Source of the DNA: Octopus sinensis
Taxonomy: Eukaryota
DNA length: 64,000 nucleotides
Direction: 5' to 3'
Assembly: GCF_006345805.1 (NCBI RefSeq)
Contig: NC_042999.1
Location: 3,286,001-3,350,000 of the forward strand
Shown here: one piece after another, positions 1-12,208 of the stretch
Layout: each line of letters begins with the position of its first letter
Numbering within the stretch: position 1 is the stretch's first letter
Position numbers and translations under genes: made by a program
The notes under the pieces: model-generated
Told to the model about the DNA's origin: nothing
Databases searched by the model: none
What the model saw: the letters and a program-made list of their open reading frames with translations, nothing else

Positions 1-49
1 CATAAATGCACATACACAAGCGCGCGTTCACACACACACACACACACAC

Positions 50-212
50 GATTAGTTTCACTCAGTTTCTGTCCATCACATTCACTCACAAGGCCTTTGT
101 TGGCCTAGGGCTATAGTAGAAAACATTTGCCTAAGATGCTATCCAGTGGGACTGAACCTGAAACCATGTAGTTTGGAAAGAAACTTCTTAACCACTCAAC
201 CACACCTGCCCC
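50..212 (-). mobile_element. SINE family A, 5' half
   Basis: Reverse complement of the family A head (ggttcagtcccactg, cttgtgagtg, cagaaactga). Confidence 0.7.
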
Positions 213-663
213 TACATGTGTGTGTGTATATATAAAGTATGAAACTAAGGAAAGATATTTCTTCAAAGGGAGGGGGTGTAAAACATCCAATTCACTGGTA
301 CGTCAGTTGAGGACCACATAAATAGGGCTATAATGCAAATTACAAACAAATTAGAGAGATTCAATAGACAATTTAATAATTTATCTATATTGCAATATAA
401 TATACAATGAATGTAATATAACATTAAAAATATTATCAAAAAACCAATACACACACACACACACAGTCTAGAGATGGTAGTCTTGATGCAAAGATATACC
501 CCTAAGTCATAGTTTTTTTTTGTTTTTTTTATGTTTTTATGGCTTTAATAAAAATAAAAAGCATATTACTCTACCTTTGGTATTCAAGTACTATTTCTTC
601 CACCTTGTTTTGCATTTCTGTGCTTATTCATAACTTTGTCTTTAGTTTTTCAATAAATTTCAA

Positions 664-705
<42 letters not shown>

Positions 706-712
<7 letters not shown>

Positions 713-1440
713 CGTCATTGTTTAACATCAGCTTTCCATGCTGGCATGGGTTGGATGGTTTGACTGAAGACTGACAAGCCAGAAGGCTGCACCAGGCTCC
801 AATCTGATTTGGCACTGTTTCTACAGCTGGATGCCCTTCCTAACACCAATCACTCCAATAATGTAGTGGGTGCTTTTTACATGCCACTAGCATGAGGGCC
901 AGTCAGGTGGTACTGGTATTAAGGCGGAGAGCTGGCAGAAACGTTAGCACGTCGGGCGAAATGCTCAGCGGTATTTCGTTTGTCGTTACGTTCTGAGTTC
1001 AAATTCCGCCAAGGTCGACTCTGCCTTTCATCCTTTTGGGGTCGATTAAATAAGTACCAGTTACGCACTGGGGTCAATGTAATCGACTTGGTCTGTTTGT
1101 CTGTCCTTGTTTGTCCCCTCTGTGTTTAGCCCCTTGTGGGTAGTAAAGAAATAGGTACTGGCATTGACCATGCTCCAATGGTTCTTTTTACATGCCACCA
1201 GCATGGAAGCCAGTTGGGTGGCACTAGCATTGACCATGCTTGAATGGTGCTTTTTATGTGACACTAGCACGGAATCAGTCAGGCGGCACTGGCATGGACC
1301 ATGCTCGAATGGTGCTTTTTCTGTGCCAACTACACAGTAGCCAGTTAGGGGGCACTGGCATCGACTACACTCGAATGGTGCTTTTTAGGCGCCACTGGCA
1401 CGGGAGCCAGTCAGGCGACACTGACAACGTTCATGCTCAT
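706..1440 (-). mobile_element. SINE family R (RTE-related, (GAT)n tail, 5' tandem subrepeats)
   Basis: Minus strand reads ttaggaagggcatccagctgtagaaa...ccaacccatgccagcatggaaagc...gttaaac(gat)n, with repeated ggtgctttt..tgcca units. Confidence 0.8.
921..1153 (+). mobile_element. SINE family B (long tail), nested in SINE R
   Basis: aaggcggagagctggcagaaacgttagc...gagttcaaattcc, a Meta-domain-like gcctttcatccttttggggtcgat...agtacc and tail cccttgtgggtagtaaagaaata. TSD is ggtactgg(t/c)att at 909-920 and 1154-1165. Confidence 0.88.
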
Positions 1441-1934
1441 AAGTAAATAAGCTTTTGTGTGCATGAGTGTGTAAACGTCTGGGTAAACATGTGTGAAAAT
1501 GCATGTGTGTGATGTAAATTTGTATGCGTGCGCGTGTGTGTGTATATACATAACCAAATACACAAAGACACACATGTATGTTTGTGTGTGTCATATAATA
1601 GTAATTAAGAATGGTAATGCCTACCATCACCACATGTTTAATGCATCCATTTGAACCATGTTAATTTTTCCAAATGTCTTTCACAGCTTCACAACAAGAC
1701 ATTACTTTTATTTTATTATAAAAGTTTGCGAAGTCATTTTCTCTCACTCAAGTGATTTACGGTGATTCATGAATAAATTATTTCGATGATTTATCATTCG
1801 TTGATAAAATTCCATACAGTTTTTCCATTGTGAAGGGGCTGGAGTTACATCAAAGGCGGCAGAATGTCTTCGTCTTTTGGTATTTGGTTATTTCTTGATT
1901 TGTGGGATGGTTTTCGAGTAGTGTCATTCTGACT

Positions 1935-1973
1935 GTGTGCGTGTAGGTGTGAGTGTGTAATGCGAATATGTGT

Positions 1974-2009
<36 letters not shown>

Positions 2010-2156
2010 TTACATGTGTGTATATATGTGTGAATATGCTTTTGTGTGTACATGTCTGGGTACACTTTTGTGAAAATGTGTGTATGATGTTAATGTTGTG
2101 TGTGTGTATGTATATATATATGTGTGTGTATATATATATATATATATGTATGTGTG

Positions 2157-2229
<73 letters not shown>

Positions 2230-2242
2230 ATATATATATATA

Positions 2243-2315
<73 letters not shown>

Positions 2316-2372
2316 ATATATATATATATGTATGTGTGTATATATATATATATGTGTGTGTGTATATATATA
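1935..2372. repeat. Compound (TG)n/(TA)n microsatellite
   Basis: Alternating TG and TA blocks are visible directly. Confidence 0.95.
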
Positions 2373-2495
2373 TGCCTTCCGACTTCACAGACCCCAGTTG
2401 AACCGTCCAACCCATGCTAGCATGGAAAACGGATGCTAAATGATGATGATGATGATGATGATATATATGTATGTGTGTATATATATATAAATATA

Positions 2496-2543
<48 letters not shown>

Positions 2544-3014
2544 GACACACACACAAGAGAACGTATAAATAATGGTCATTGGGGGGGGATATGCATTTGT
2601 GTGTGAATATGTGTATGTATATGGGTGGTGTAAATATATATCTGTGTATATGTGTGTGTGTGTTTCTGTGCATGTATGTTTGTGTTAATGAGTGCATTTG
2701 CATGTGGGAATGCATGTACACCAGTTTGTGTATGTGTGCATGTATGGGGGGAGGAAGGGGTATTGGTGTTAATGTTTTTGTTTTTCTGAAGAAAATCTTT
2801 CTAAATCAAAAGAAATACTAAATTAGAAAGTTTTCTTTTTTTCTTTTAGATATTTTCAAAGGAACAAGTTTTTGTCCGACACTGAATAAATTTAAATCTC
2901 ATTTCAGCAAAACCCATATATTACGTCTAGAGGGAACATTTCCCAGTTGGTCCAGTCACCATTTTTGTCATCACCTGCATCATCATCTTCATTATCATTA
3001 CCATTATCATCATA

Positions 3015-3697
3015 GGCGTAGGAGTGGCTGTGTGGTAAGTAGCTTGTTTACCAACCACATGGTTCCGGGTTCAGTCCCACTGCATGACACTCTGGGTAAA
3101 TGTCTTCTATGGTCTCAGGTCAACCTAAGCCTTGTGAGTGGATTTGGTTGACGGAAACTGATAAGAAGCCCGTCGTATATATGTATATATATATATATAT
3201 GCGTGTGTGTTTGTGTGTCTGTGTTTGTCCCCCTAGCATTGCTTGACAACCGATGCTGGTGTGTTTATCTCCCCGTTACTTAGCGGTTTGGCAAAAAAGA
3301 CCGATAGAATAAGTACTGGGCTTACAAAAAAAAAGAACAAGTCCCAGGGTCGAGTTGCTCGATTAAAGGCAGTGCTCCAGCATAGCCGCAATCAAGTGAC
3401 TGAAACAAGTAAAAAAAAAAAGTATATCTGTCAATCTCTCTCTAACTCTACATATGTGTGTGTGTGTGTGTGTATATGTTTGTGTGTCTGTGTTTGTCCC
3501 CCAACATCGCTTGACAACCGATGCTGGTGTGTTTAAGTCCCCGGAACTTAGCAGTGCGGCAAAAGAGACCGATAGAATAAGTACTGGGCTTACAAAAGAA
3601 GAAGTCCCGGGGTCGATTTGCTCGACTAAAGGCGGTGCTCCAGCATGGCCACAGTCACATGACTGAAACAAGTAAAAGAAAAGAAAGAAAAAGAAAA
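3015..3697 (+). mobile_element. SINE family A (tRNA-like head, CORE-like segment, internal TA/TG microsatellite) plus a duplicated 3' half
   Basis: ggcgtaggagtggctgtgtggtaag...gggttcagtccc...gtgctccagcat...tgactgaaacaagtaaaa. The 3' half is repeated at about 3452-3697. Confidence 0.88.
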
Positions 3698-4143
3698 GAT
3701 ATCCCTACACAAATACACTATATACATATACAAATTTATTCAAGAATGTATGTACGTGCACACGCACATTGTAAGTGCCTGTGTGTTCAAATAAATGAAT
3801 GCTTATGATATAATATCTATATATAATATATATATATAGATATATATATATAATATACATAGAATATACATATGCATGCACACACACACACATATGTAGA
3901 GTTAGAGAGAGATTGACAGATATACTTTTATATGAGTGTGTCCATATGTGTATGTATATTATATATGTGTGTGTTTGTGTGTGTTATGTGTGGGTGTCTT
4001 TATATATATATATATATATATATATATCCATCCAAGTATTGAATTATATTTTAAGCTCTTCCTTTCATGTGCCTACTCCATATTTTCCCCCCAAGGCATT
4101 ATCAACTAAAAAATCTAAACTTTTTTTTTCTTAAATCCAACTT

Positions 4144-4195
<52 letters not shown>

Positions 4196-4691
4196 ATATA
4201 ATTTCTGTGGCATCATGTATGCATATGGATGAGCTTGTAAATAAATTTTCATTTTAAAGTGTAATAAATATAGATTTAACCTGACTGCAAATAGGCCACA
4301 GAGTTTATTTGTAGAGTGAGGTTAAATTGTATGTTTATTACACTTAGACATGTAAATTTACTTACAAACTCTCTCTCTCTACACACACACATATATATGC
4401 GCATATATATATATATATATGTATGTATATATATACATATATACACACACACACACACACATACTTATGTACACACATATACACACATTTACAAATTCTC
4501 CCATATATATATATACACACACATACATACAGATATATGTATGTATACATGTATGTACACATATGCTTATTTTTTCAATGTTAATGCGTGTATGTGTGTG
4601 TATATATATATATATATATGGGGGGGATTTGTAAATATATGTGTGTACATATGTATATATATGTATGAATAAATACATGAATATGTGTGAG

Positions 4692-4722
<31 letters not shown>

Positions 4723-5269
4723 GGACACAACTTGTAGTTAAACATCCTTTTCATCTTTATAAACAACAAGTTCATAAATTCACTCCAAATAATAATGTAA
4801 ACCATGTTTGAACGAGGCATCTAGTTGTAATGTAACTGAGTTTAATTTCCTGAAACTCATCTATCATTCCATTTGGGAAATTAACTTGAAAGTATAGACA
4901 TCCTTTCATAGAGTACGTACGTCAATCATTGGCTTAAATTAAAGTCTCGCTGAACAAAGTTAAACAACTATCCATATTGCAGATCTAACCAGAGGAAATG
5001 TATTCAGTTTTTGGGAGCTGTTTGCTTTCTTTTTTTTTGTTTTTGTTTCTGCTGGGTTTTTTGTTTCTTTTTAGTACTTGTGTTCTACGATAGCATTTAC
5101 AAAGCAAAAAAAGGAAAAATACAATTTTGTTGAATATTTTATCAGAACAATAATTGCTCCTTTAAATATGCAATTAAAAGGTTGAAATGTGTTTGTGTTT
5201 CACCAGGAAACCCATTGTCTATGCAGACTTTTGTTTGCAGACCTGATTCTCTGAGGAATCTTATCTTCT

Positions 5270-5580
5270 CCTCATCTTCGCCCACTTATTACTGGGAAGG
5301 TCATGGAGGAAGAGTTCTCGAGCACACCTTTCATCAGGTCTTCACAGAAGCAACCATCTCCAATCATTCCAGTTTGATCACCAAGTGAGATCGACCAAAC
5401 TCAGGGACGTTATCCAACCATCTTCCTCGTGGATTATCCCTGGCTCTCCTGCTGGTTGGATTTTACCTGTGAAGCCTCTCCTGTGATTCTTTCCTGAGAC
5501 ATTCTTACTACACATCCATCGTATCAGAGCTCAGATCTCTCAATCCAGAGAAGTAGGGGCTCAACCTGTTGTACTCCATC
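5270..5580 (-). mobile_element. Decayed RTE-clade (Rex3/Expander-like) LINE 3' fragment
   Basis: Minus-strand translation QVEPLLLWIERSEL..GCVVRMSQERI...PTSRRARDNPRGRWLDNV matches the RTE C-terminal pattern EPLLLxIERSQLRWxGHxxRM...RPRGRPRxRW. Confidence 0.8.
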
Positions 5581-6034
5581 AAGTACCATTACTTCAAACT
5601 CATTTTGTAGGAACCCCTTATCAGCCACTGGTATTCGCTGTTGTATACTTTGAAGGATGAGAGTTTGAATATCACTTATTTGTATCATCTTTAAATCCTT
5701 AGCATTCAAATTTGTCCATTCATTGAATAAAGTACTTGATTATCATCATCATTATCATCATCATCGTCATCATCCAGTGTTTTAAATCCAGATTGTTCCA
5801 ACTGTTTACTTTCTGAATTCAAACCCAACTGAGGTCAGTTTTGCTTCTTGTCTTTCTGGTATACTATCTAATATTGTTATATCCATAAATCTTACAGTTT
5901 TTGGTCATTCATTTTTTTTTATATATATATTTGATTTGTCATTCAATCATTCATCCAGTTAGGGTTGTAATATTCCTTCTGTTGTCACTCACATCATCAT
6001 CAAATGATATGCCCTCTCCAATCAACGTCTACTT

Positions 6035-6300
6035 CAGGTAGAGAAACATCACAAAGTTGTGACACGAGGAGATATTGATAAATCGGGTATAGCTGCTCAT
6101 GTATGGAAAAATAGAGACCACCTCCCCCTGTGGGATGAATAATAGACAGAGAACACCACTGAAAAATACGAAAACTAAAAGAGGCAGCACATATGGTAGG
6201 ACACAACAACCTCCTAAGCAGACCAAGTACAGATTTGAATAGCATATAGGAACCGGTATTAAGGAAGGATAGGAAAATATTAGATCTATGAGCCCTAAAA
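6035..6300 (+). mobile_element. Penelope-like element 3' fragment (C-terminal half of the GIY-YIG endonuclease)
   Basis: Translation RVEKHHKVVTRGDIDKSGIAAHVWKNRDHLPLWDE..IDREHH*KIRKLKEAAHMVGHNNLLSRPSTDLNSI*EPVL has the PLE GIY-YIG tail pattern (KSxxAxH...H...W...I.D.E....R..KEA). Confidence 0.82.
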
Positions 6301-6302
6301 TT

Positions 6303-6375
6303 CACTCCATGGTGTAGTGGTTAGGAGCACAGGATGCTAACCCCAAGATTCCGAGTTTGATTCCAGGCAGTGACC
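6303..6375 (+). other. tRNA-derived (Pol III A/B box) segment
   Basis: A-box-like ggtgtagtggttagg, anticodon-like loop tgctaa and B-box-like gagtttgattcc. It is not a complete cloverleaf. Confidence 0.7.
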
Positions 6376-6446
6376 TGAATAATGATAATAATGATAACAT
6401 CGAAAAATACCTAAGGAATGAGAACCCAGGTTCGAAATACCTCCAG

Positions 6447-6492
6447 GACACCTGATGAAGGCTGGAGGGTATATCAGCCAAAATGTTGTGTT
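6447..6492 (+). ncRNA. Minimal type I hammerhead ribozyme relic (mutated)
   Basis: gacac-CTGATGA-a-ggctg[gagggtatat]cagcc-AAAA-tgtt-gtgtt. Stem I is gacac/gtgtt and stem II is ggctg/cagcc. The expected GAAACGTT is seen as AAAATGTT, two changes consistent with CpG deamination. Confidence 0.75.
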
Positions 6493-7104
6493 AACAACAA
6501 ACAAGACGAGGACAAATATCTGTCAAATGTAAATAGTTCCAGTTACAATATTGCTGCCAGGATTTGAAAAATTGGGCAAATTTCCCCCCTTTATTCTGTG
6601 GTTTAGGTGGGATGTTTGAAAACCAAGGGGGAATTTGCGATGGTATTCAGTGAACAAATTAAACACACTACCTGGCAGTGGCTAAAACACGAATCGATCA
6701 AGTTTATGTATAAATATTCTTTTTATGTTTGTTGTAAATAATTCCTCATCTCTCAAATACAGAACTACTTCAAGTCTGTTTGCCTGTATATTCTTTTATT
6801 GTTTCCAAAGCAGTTGTTATTATAAGGAATGTCATTTTTTTAACAACCACATTTTAGATAGCACAGTTACCAGATCTTTTATCTTTCAATAATTTCTTCA
6901 ACCTTTTTTGCTGTCAAATTCCTGTTAAAATACACAACCTTTGTGGCAATTAATTCTGGCAATAATGAATAAGTCGGCAAGATAAATAACTTTACCATTA
7001 TTAAACTGGTTTTTGGAACATAAACCAAGATAGAATCATGCCGGCAAGCTTTAATTTGTATCACTTTAAAGCATGAAGATGGTCTTACACAGGTTGGTAT
7101 AAAA

Positions 7105-7526
7105 GTGGAGGTGCAATGGCCCAGTGGTTAGAGCAGCGGACTCGTGGTCATAGGATCGTAGTTTCGATTACCAGACCAGGTGTTGTGAGTGTTTATTGAG
7201 CGAAAACACCTAAAGCTCCATGAGGCTCCGGCAGGGGGTGGTGGTGATTCCTGCTGTACTCTTTCACCACAACTTTCTCTCACTCCTTCTTCAAAAAGCG
7301 GCGAGCTGGCAGAAATGTTAGCATGCCAGGCGAAATGCTCCCTGGTATTTCATCTGCCGTTACATTCTGAGTTCAAATTCCGCCAAGGTCGACTTTGCCT
7401 TTCATCCTTTCGGGGTCGATTAAATAAGTACCAGTTACAGACTGGGGTCGATATAATCAACTTAATCCGTTTGTCTGTCCTTGTTTGTCCTCTCTGTATT
7501 TAGCCCCTTGTGGGTTGTAAAGAAAT
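7105..7526 (+). mobile_element. Chimeric SINE: 5' part of family C fused to a family B copy, inside one 14 bp TSD
   Basis: aggttggtataaaa at 7091-7104 and 7527-7540. The C part (7105-7290) matches the head of the full C copy at 60180-60547. Confidence 0.85.
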
Positions 7527-7583
7527 AGGTTGGTATAAAAAGGGATAACTCTTTTGTTACCATATTTCTACAGAAACTACTTT

Positions 7584-8387
7584 TCTTTTCATTACTCTCT
7601 CTCTCTTTTCTCTTTTACTCTTTTACTTGTTTCAGTCATTTGACTGCGGCCATGCTGGAGCACCGCCTTTAGTTGAGCAAATCGACCCCAGGACTTATTC
7701 TTTGTAAGCCCAGTACTTATTCTATCGGTCTCTTTTGCCGAACCGCTAAGTGACGGGGACGTAAACACACCAGCATCGGTTGTCAAGCAATGCTAGGGGA
7801 ACAAACACAGACACACAAACATATACACACATACATATATACATATATATATACATATATACGACAGGCTTCTTTCAGTTTCTGTCTACCAAATCCACTC
7901 ACAAGGCATTGGTCGGCCCGGGGCTATAGCAGAAGACACTTGCCCAAGATGCCACGCAGTGGGACTGAACCCGGAACCATGTGGCTGGTAAGCAAGCTAC
8001 TTACCACACAGCCACTCCTACTCTTTTACTCTTTTACTCTTTTACTTGTTTCAGTCATTTGACAGCGGCCATGCTGGAGCACCACCTTTTAGTACTTATT
8101 CTATCGGTCTCTTTTTGCCGAACCGCTAAGTGACGGGGACGTAAACACACCAGCATCGGTTGTCAAGCAATGCTAGGGGGACAAACACAGACACACAAAC
8201 ACACACATATATACATATATATACATATATACGACAGGCTTCTTTCAGTTTCCGTCTACCAAATCCACTCACAAGGCATTGGTCGGCCCGGGGCTATAGC
8301 AGAAGACACTTGCCCAAGATGCCACGCAGTGGGACTGAACCCGCAACCGTGTGGTTGGTTAGCAAGCTACTTACCACACAGCCACTC
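7584..8387 (-). mobile_element. Two tandem SINE A copies
   Basis: Near-identical minus-strand copies at about 7600-8020 and 8021-8387. The second has a short internal deletion. Confidence 0.88.
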
Positions 8388-9115
8388 CCCATTAAATGCA
8401 AAAAAAAAAAGAAATTATGAAGAATCTAGTAAAACAACTTTGCCGTTATTAAGCTGGTGTTTGGACCATAAACAAACAGAATATTTGATGGAAGGTTTTA
8501 ATTCAGGTCTCTTTAAGACATGAAGTTTATATCACAAGACCAAGGGACAGTCTCAAGTGGGTTGACACCAAAAGGAGGAATTGGAAAATTGATTAGGTGA
8601 TGCTTCTTTTCCCAATAGTTTTCAGCAATAACATTGAGAATGTTTTTCAGTTTCCTTCCTGTTTTGACTATTCCGATATGATGAATAGTCCGAGACATTG
8701 GTACGTTCTACAATATGGTCATTTTGCTGTTCTTCGATTGGTTCTTTTTTTTTTGGTTTTTTTTGTGTTGTATGTTTGTACATGTTTTCTTTCTGTGGGT
8801 ATTTCATAACGTGGATATACTTTGCAACGGATGAAAGTTCCATTGAGATAGGGAAGAAAACAGGACAATATATTTCTTTCCTTTTGCCTGCCACTGGACG
8901 GCCAGAAACGACAGTAATTGATTATTTCTTCACTGACCACCGATTATTCTCCTGCTGCTCCTTTCGGATTCTCTTGTATATCTTATTGAAATGATTGTTG
9001 TTCTTGTTGATATTATCGTCATCATTTTCATTATTATTATTATGATCATCTTTATTGCCATTACCATCACTATCATCTTCATAATCATTTTTTTAATTAT
9101 TATTATTATTATTAT

Positions 9116-9155
<40 letters not shown>

Positions 9156-9198
9156 TGTAGTAGTCAGGCCATATACCTGTAATGGAATTATTATCAAT

Positions 9199-9785
9199 GA
9201 AGGTGGTGAGCTGGCAGAATCATTAGCATGCCAGGCGAAATGCTTAGCAGCATTTCATCTGTCCTTTTGCTCTCAGTTCAAATTCTGCTGAGGTTGACTT
9301 TGCCTTTCATCATTTTGGGGTCGATAAATTAAGTACCAGTCAAGTACAGGGATTCATGTAATTGACTATACCCCTCCCCCAAATTTGAGGCCTTGTTCCT
9401 ATAGTAGAAAGGATTATTATTATTATTATGATCGTTATCATCATTGCTGTTACCATCAATATCCTCATCATAACGTAGTAGTAGTAGTAGCAGTAGTAGT
9501 AAGACTGTGTGCCTATAATAGGATTATTATTATTATTATGAGACAGTGTGCTGGCAGAATCGGTAGCACACCGGGCAAAAATGATTAGCAGTATTTCATC
9601 CGTCTTTATGTTCTGAGTTCAAATTCCACCGAGGTCAACTTTGCCTTTCATCCTTTCGGGGTCAGTAAGTACCAGTGAAACACTGGGGTCAATGTAACTG
9701 ACTTACCCCATCCCCTTCAAAATTTCAGGCCTTGTCCCTGTAGTAGAATAGATTATTATTATTACTATTATTATTATTATTATTG
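9199..9785 (+). mobile_element. Two SINE B copies (short-tail variant ending in (ATT)n)
   Basis: B head and Meta-like domain followed by cccc.aaattt.aggccttg..cct.tagtagaa.ggattattat. Confidence 0.8.
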
Positions 9786-10583
9786 AACAAAGCTACTTAT
9801 TTTTTTATTATTTTTATGAATTATACTCCAGAACAAAATAAATCTCATTTTCTTCTTAGGTGTAAATATTTTTAGCCTGATATTCTACATGAAACAATAT
9901 ATATGAATATGGGCTTATACTGTCTCCTCTCATAAGCTCGTCTTCCTCGCATTCATAATAATTTTTCTATCGTCTTGGCTTCACAGCCCATACCGTTTGT
10001 TTTTACTGTTTTGTTCTCACTGTCCTGTTTTTTTTTACCACTTTATTCCTCTGCAAAAAATTCCAAATTTTATTTAATTAGCTTTGCGGGAAGGACTGTT
10101 TCAATGATGTCGCGTCTTGTCCTTGCCTTCGAAACGTGGAGTAGATGAAACAGGGACAACTGAAGAAGGGGACTATTCTTTATGTCGTTGTTCAAAAAAA
10201 AGTTTTGTTTCTCATTGTGTTCAACGTTTTTTTGATGTCCTGTACCCATATATACATGTATGTATACATATATATATGTAGGTATGTACATATATGTATG
10301 TATATATGCATATATTTATATATTATTTATATTATATATATATATAAACCATTCTTCTGCAGATGAATGGAAGCATTTGTTTTAGTATCAGATATGATTG
10401 GAACAAAATTATGATTAGAATTTGATGAAGATAAACATTTTAGGAAAATGTGTTTCACAGGAATTTGTTTAGATACCACATAACCATCTGAGGAATCTCA
10501 TCTTTCTCCCATATTTTGTTCCCAGAATATATGGCTTGGCTAAAACAAATATCTCTCAAATGGCCTGATCTATCTCACTGTAA

Positions 10584-10953
10584 TATTTATATATAAAAGT
10601 GAAGTTGTGTGTCTGTCTCCTACGATTTAGATTCCTAACTACTCCCACATTTTGTGGTGCAGTGTAACCAAAAGCGGGTATCTTATAGTCGTGATTCATA
10701 TCGAGCCCTTCTGGGTATTAGCGTACGTCTACGATGAGTCTACGATTTTAAAAATAATTTACCATCATTTTTTTCCCATTTTTAATGCATTTGTTTGCTA
10801 TTATATAAGGGAAGTAACTCTCTAAAAATGTATTATTAAATCTCAGAACGTAAAAAGCTACAGTAACACCCCCCTTTGTGGTTAGCCATCTCTAAAAATG
10901 CTTATATAGTTATTTCCCTTACAATCCCGAGCAATGCCGGGTGATACTGCTAG
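10584..10953 (+). mobile_element. Non-autonomous Helitron
   Basis: 5' tatataaaagtgaagttgt and 3' hairpin cccgagcaatgccggg followed by tgatactgCTAG|t. Confidence 0.8.
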
Positions 10954-11141
10954 TTTAGTATAAAAATGGTTGAGATGACTATCATAAGCAGTGGGAATAA
11001 AATTAAGAAAGCTTCACTAACTTGGAATGTTAAATTCAAATCTCTCTCCATGTGTATAACTTGAAGTGGGATGAGATCCAAAGGTCACAAATAAGCTGGA
11101 AATATATATATATGAAGAGAAACCAACACATACACCACATG

Positions 11142-11377
11142 GGGTGGCGAGCTGGCAAGAACATTAGCATGCTGAATGAAATGCTTAGTAGTATTTTGTC
11201 CATCGCTATGTCCTGAGTTCAAATTCCACTGAGGTTGACTTTGCTTTTCATTCTTTCGGGGCTAATAAAATAAGTACCAGTTGAACACTGGGGTCAATGT
11301 AATTGTCTAGTCCTCTCCCCAACAAAATTTCAGGCCTTGTGCCTATAGTAGAAAGGATTATTATTATCATTATTATA

Positions 11378-11415
<38 letters not shown>

Positions 11416-11628
11416 GGTGGTGAGCTGGCAGAATCGTTAGCATGCTAGGTGAAATGCTTAGTGGTATTATGCTTGTTGCTACGTTCTGAGTTCAAATCCC
11501 ACCGAGGTTGACTTTGCCTTTCATCCTTTCAGAGTCAGTAAAATAAGTACCAGTTGAACACTGGGGTCGATGTAACTGACCAGTCCCCTCCCCCATAAAA
11601 TTTCAGGTCTTGTGCCGATAGTAGAAAG
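11142..11628 (+). mobile_element. Two tandem SINE B short-tail copies
   Basis: Heads at about 11143 and 11414, separated by (ATT)n. Confidence 0.82.
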
Positions 11629-11809
11629 GAACACACACAGGTCAAGCTTTTTCCATTTTCTGTCTGCCCAACCAAATTTTGCTGTATTAGCTCCATATTC
11701 ATACATTCTGAGGACCTAGGCTGATGGGTCAGCATGTCACTACCCCAGCCAACAAGATGGTCTCCGAAAAAAAAATACCAAAAAAGGAGGCAAAAGGAAA
11801 CAATATTCT

Positions 11810-12208
11810 TTCAGACTTTTGCTTGTTTGAGTCATCTGACTGCGGTCATGCTGGAGCACCACCTAGAATGGTTTTTTAGTCAAACAAATCAACCCCAGGA
11901 CTTATTTTTTAAGCCTAGTACTTATTCTATTGGTCTCTTTTGCCAAACGGCTAAGTTATGGGGACATAAACACACCAACACTGGTTGTCAGGCAGTGATG
12001 GGAAGACAAAGACAAATACAGACATACATACACACACACATAGATATATGCATATATATGAAAGGCTTCTTTCAGTTTCTGTCTCCCAAATTCAGTCACA
12101 AAAGCATTGGTGGGCCCAAAGCTATAGTAGAAGACTCTTGCCCAAAGTGCCACGCAGAAGTACTGAACCCACATCCATGAGATTGGGAAGCAAGCTTCTT
12201 ACCACACT
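11810..12208 (-). mobile_element. SINE family A (diverged)
   Basis: catgctggagcacc...ccccaggacttatt...caagcttcttaccacac. Confidence 0.8.

Noticed and set aside
1170-1440. Regularly spaced ggtgctttt repeats resembling a CRISPR array
   Set aside because: The spacers are homologous to each other and no cas genes are present. The repeats are SINE R internal units in eukaryotic DNA.
1924-2721. Long YI/HT/VC ORFs here and at 56.4 and 62.9 kb
   Set aside because: Dinucleotide microsatellite artefacts.
6303-6375. Functional tRNA gene (also considered for SINE C and D heads)
   Set aside because: The acceptor and anticodon stems are incomplete and the sequence is embedded in repeat units, so it was treated as tRNA-derived.
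7790-8523. Recurrent ORFs such as RQASFSFRLPNPLTR...GTEPGTMWLVSKLLTTQP
   Set aside because: These are antisense translations of SINE A. They recur because of copy number, not because of a gene family.
10085-10180. ccttcGAAAcgtg ... CTGAAGAagggg as a permuted hammerhead
   Set aside because: The cleavage triplet would be GUG, and stems I and II do not pair convincingly.
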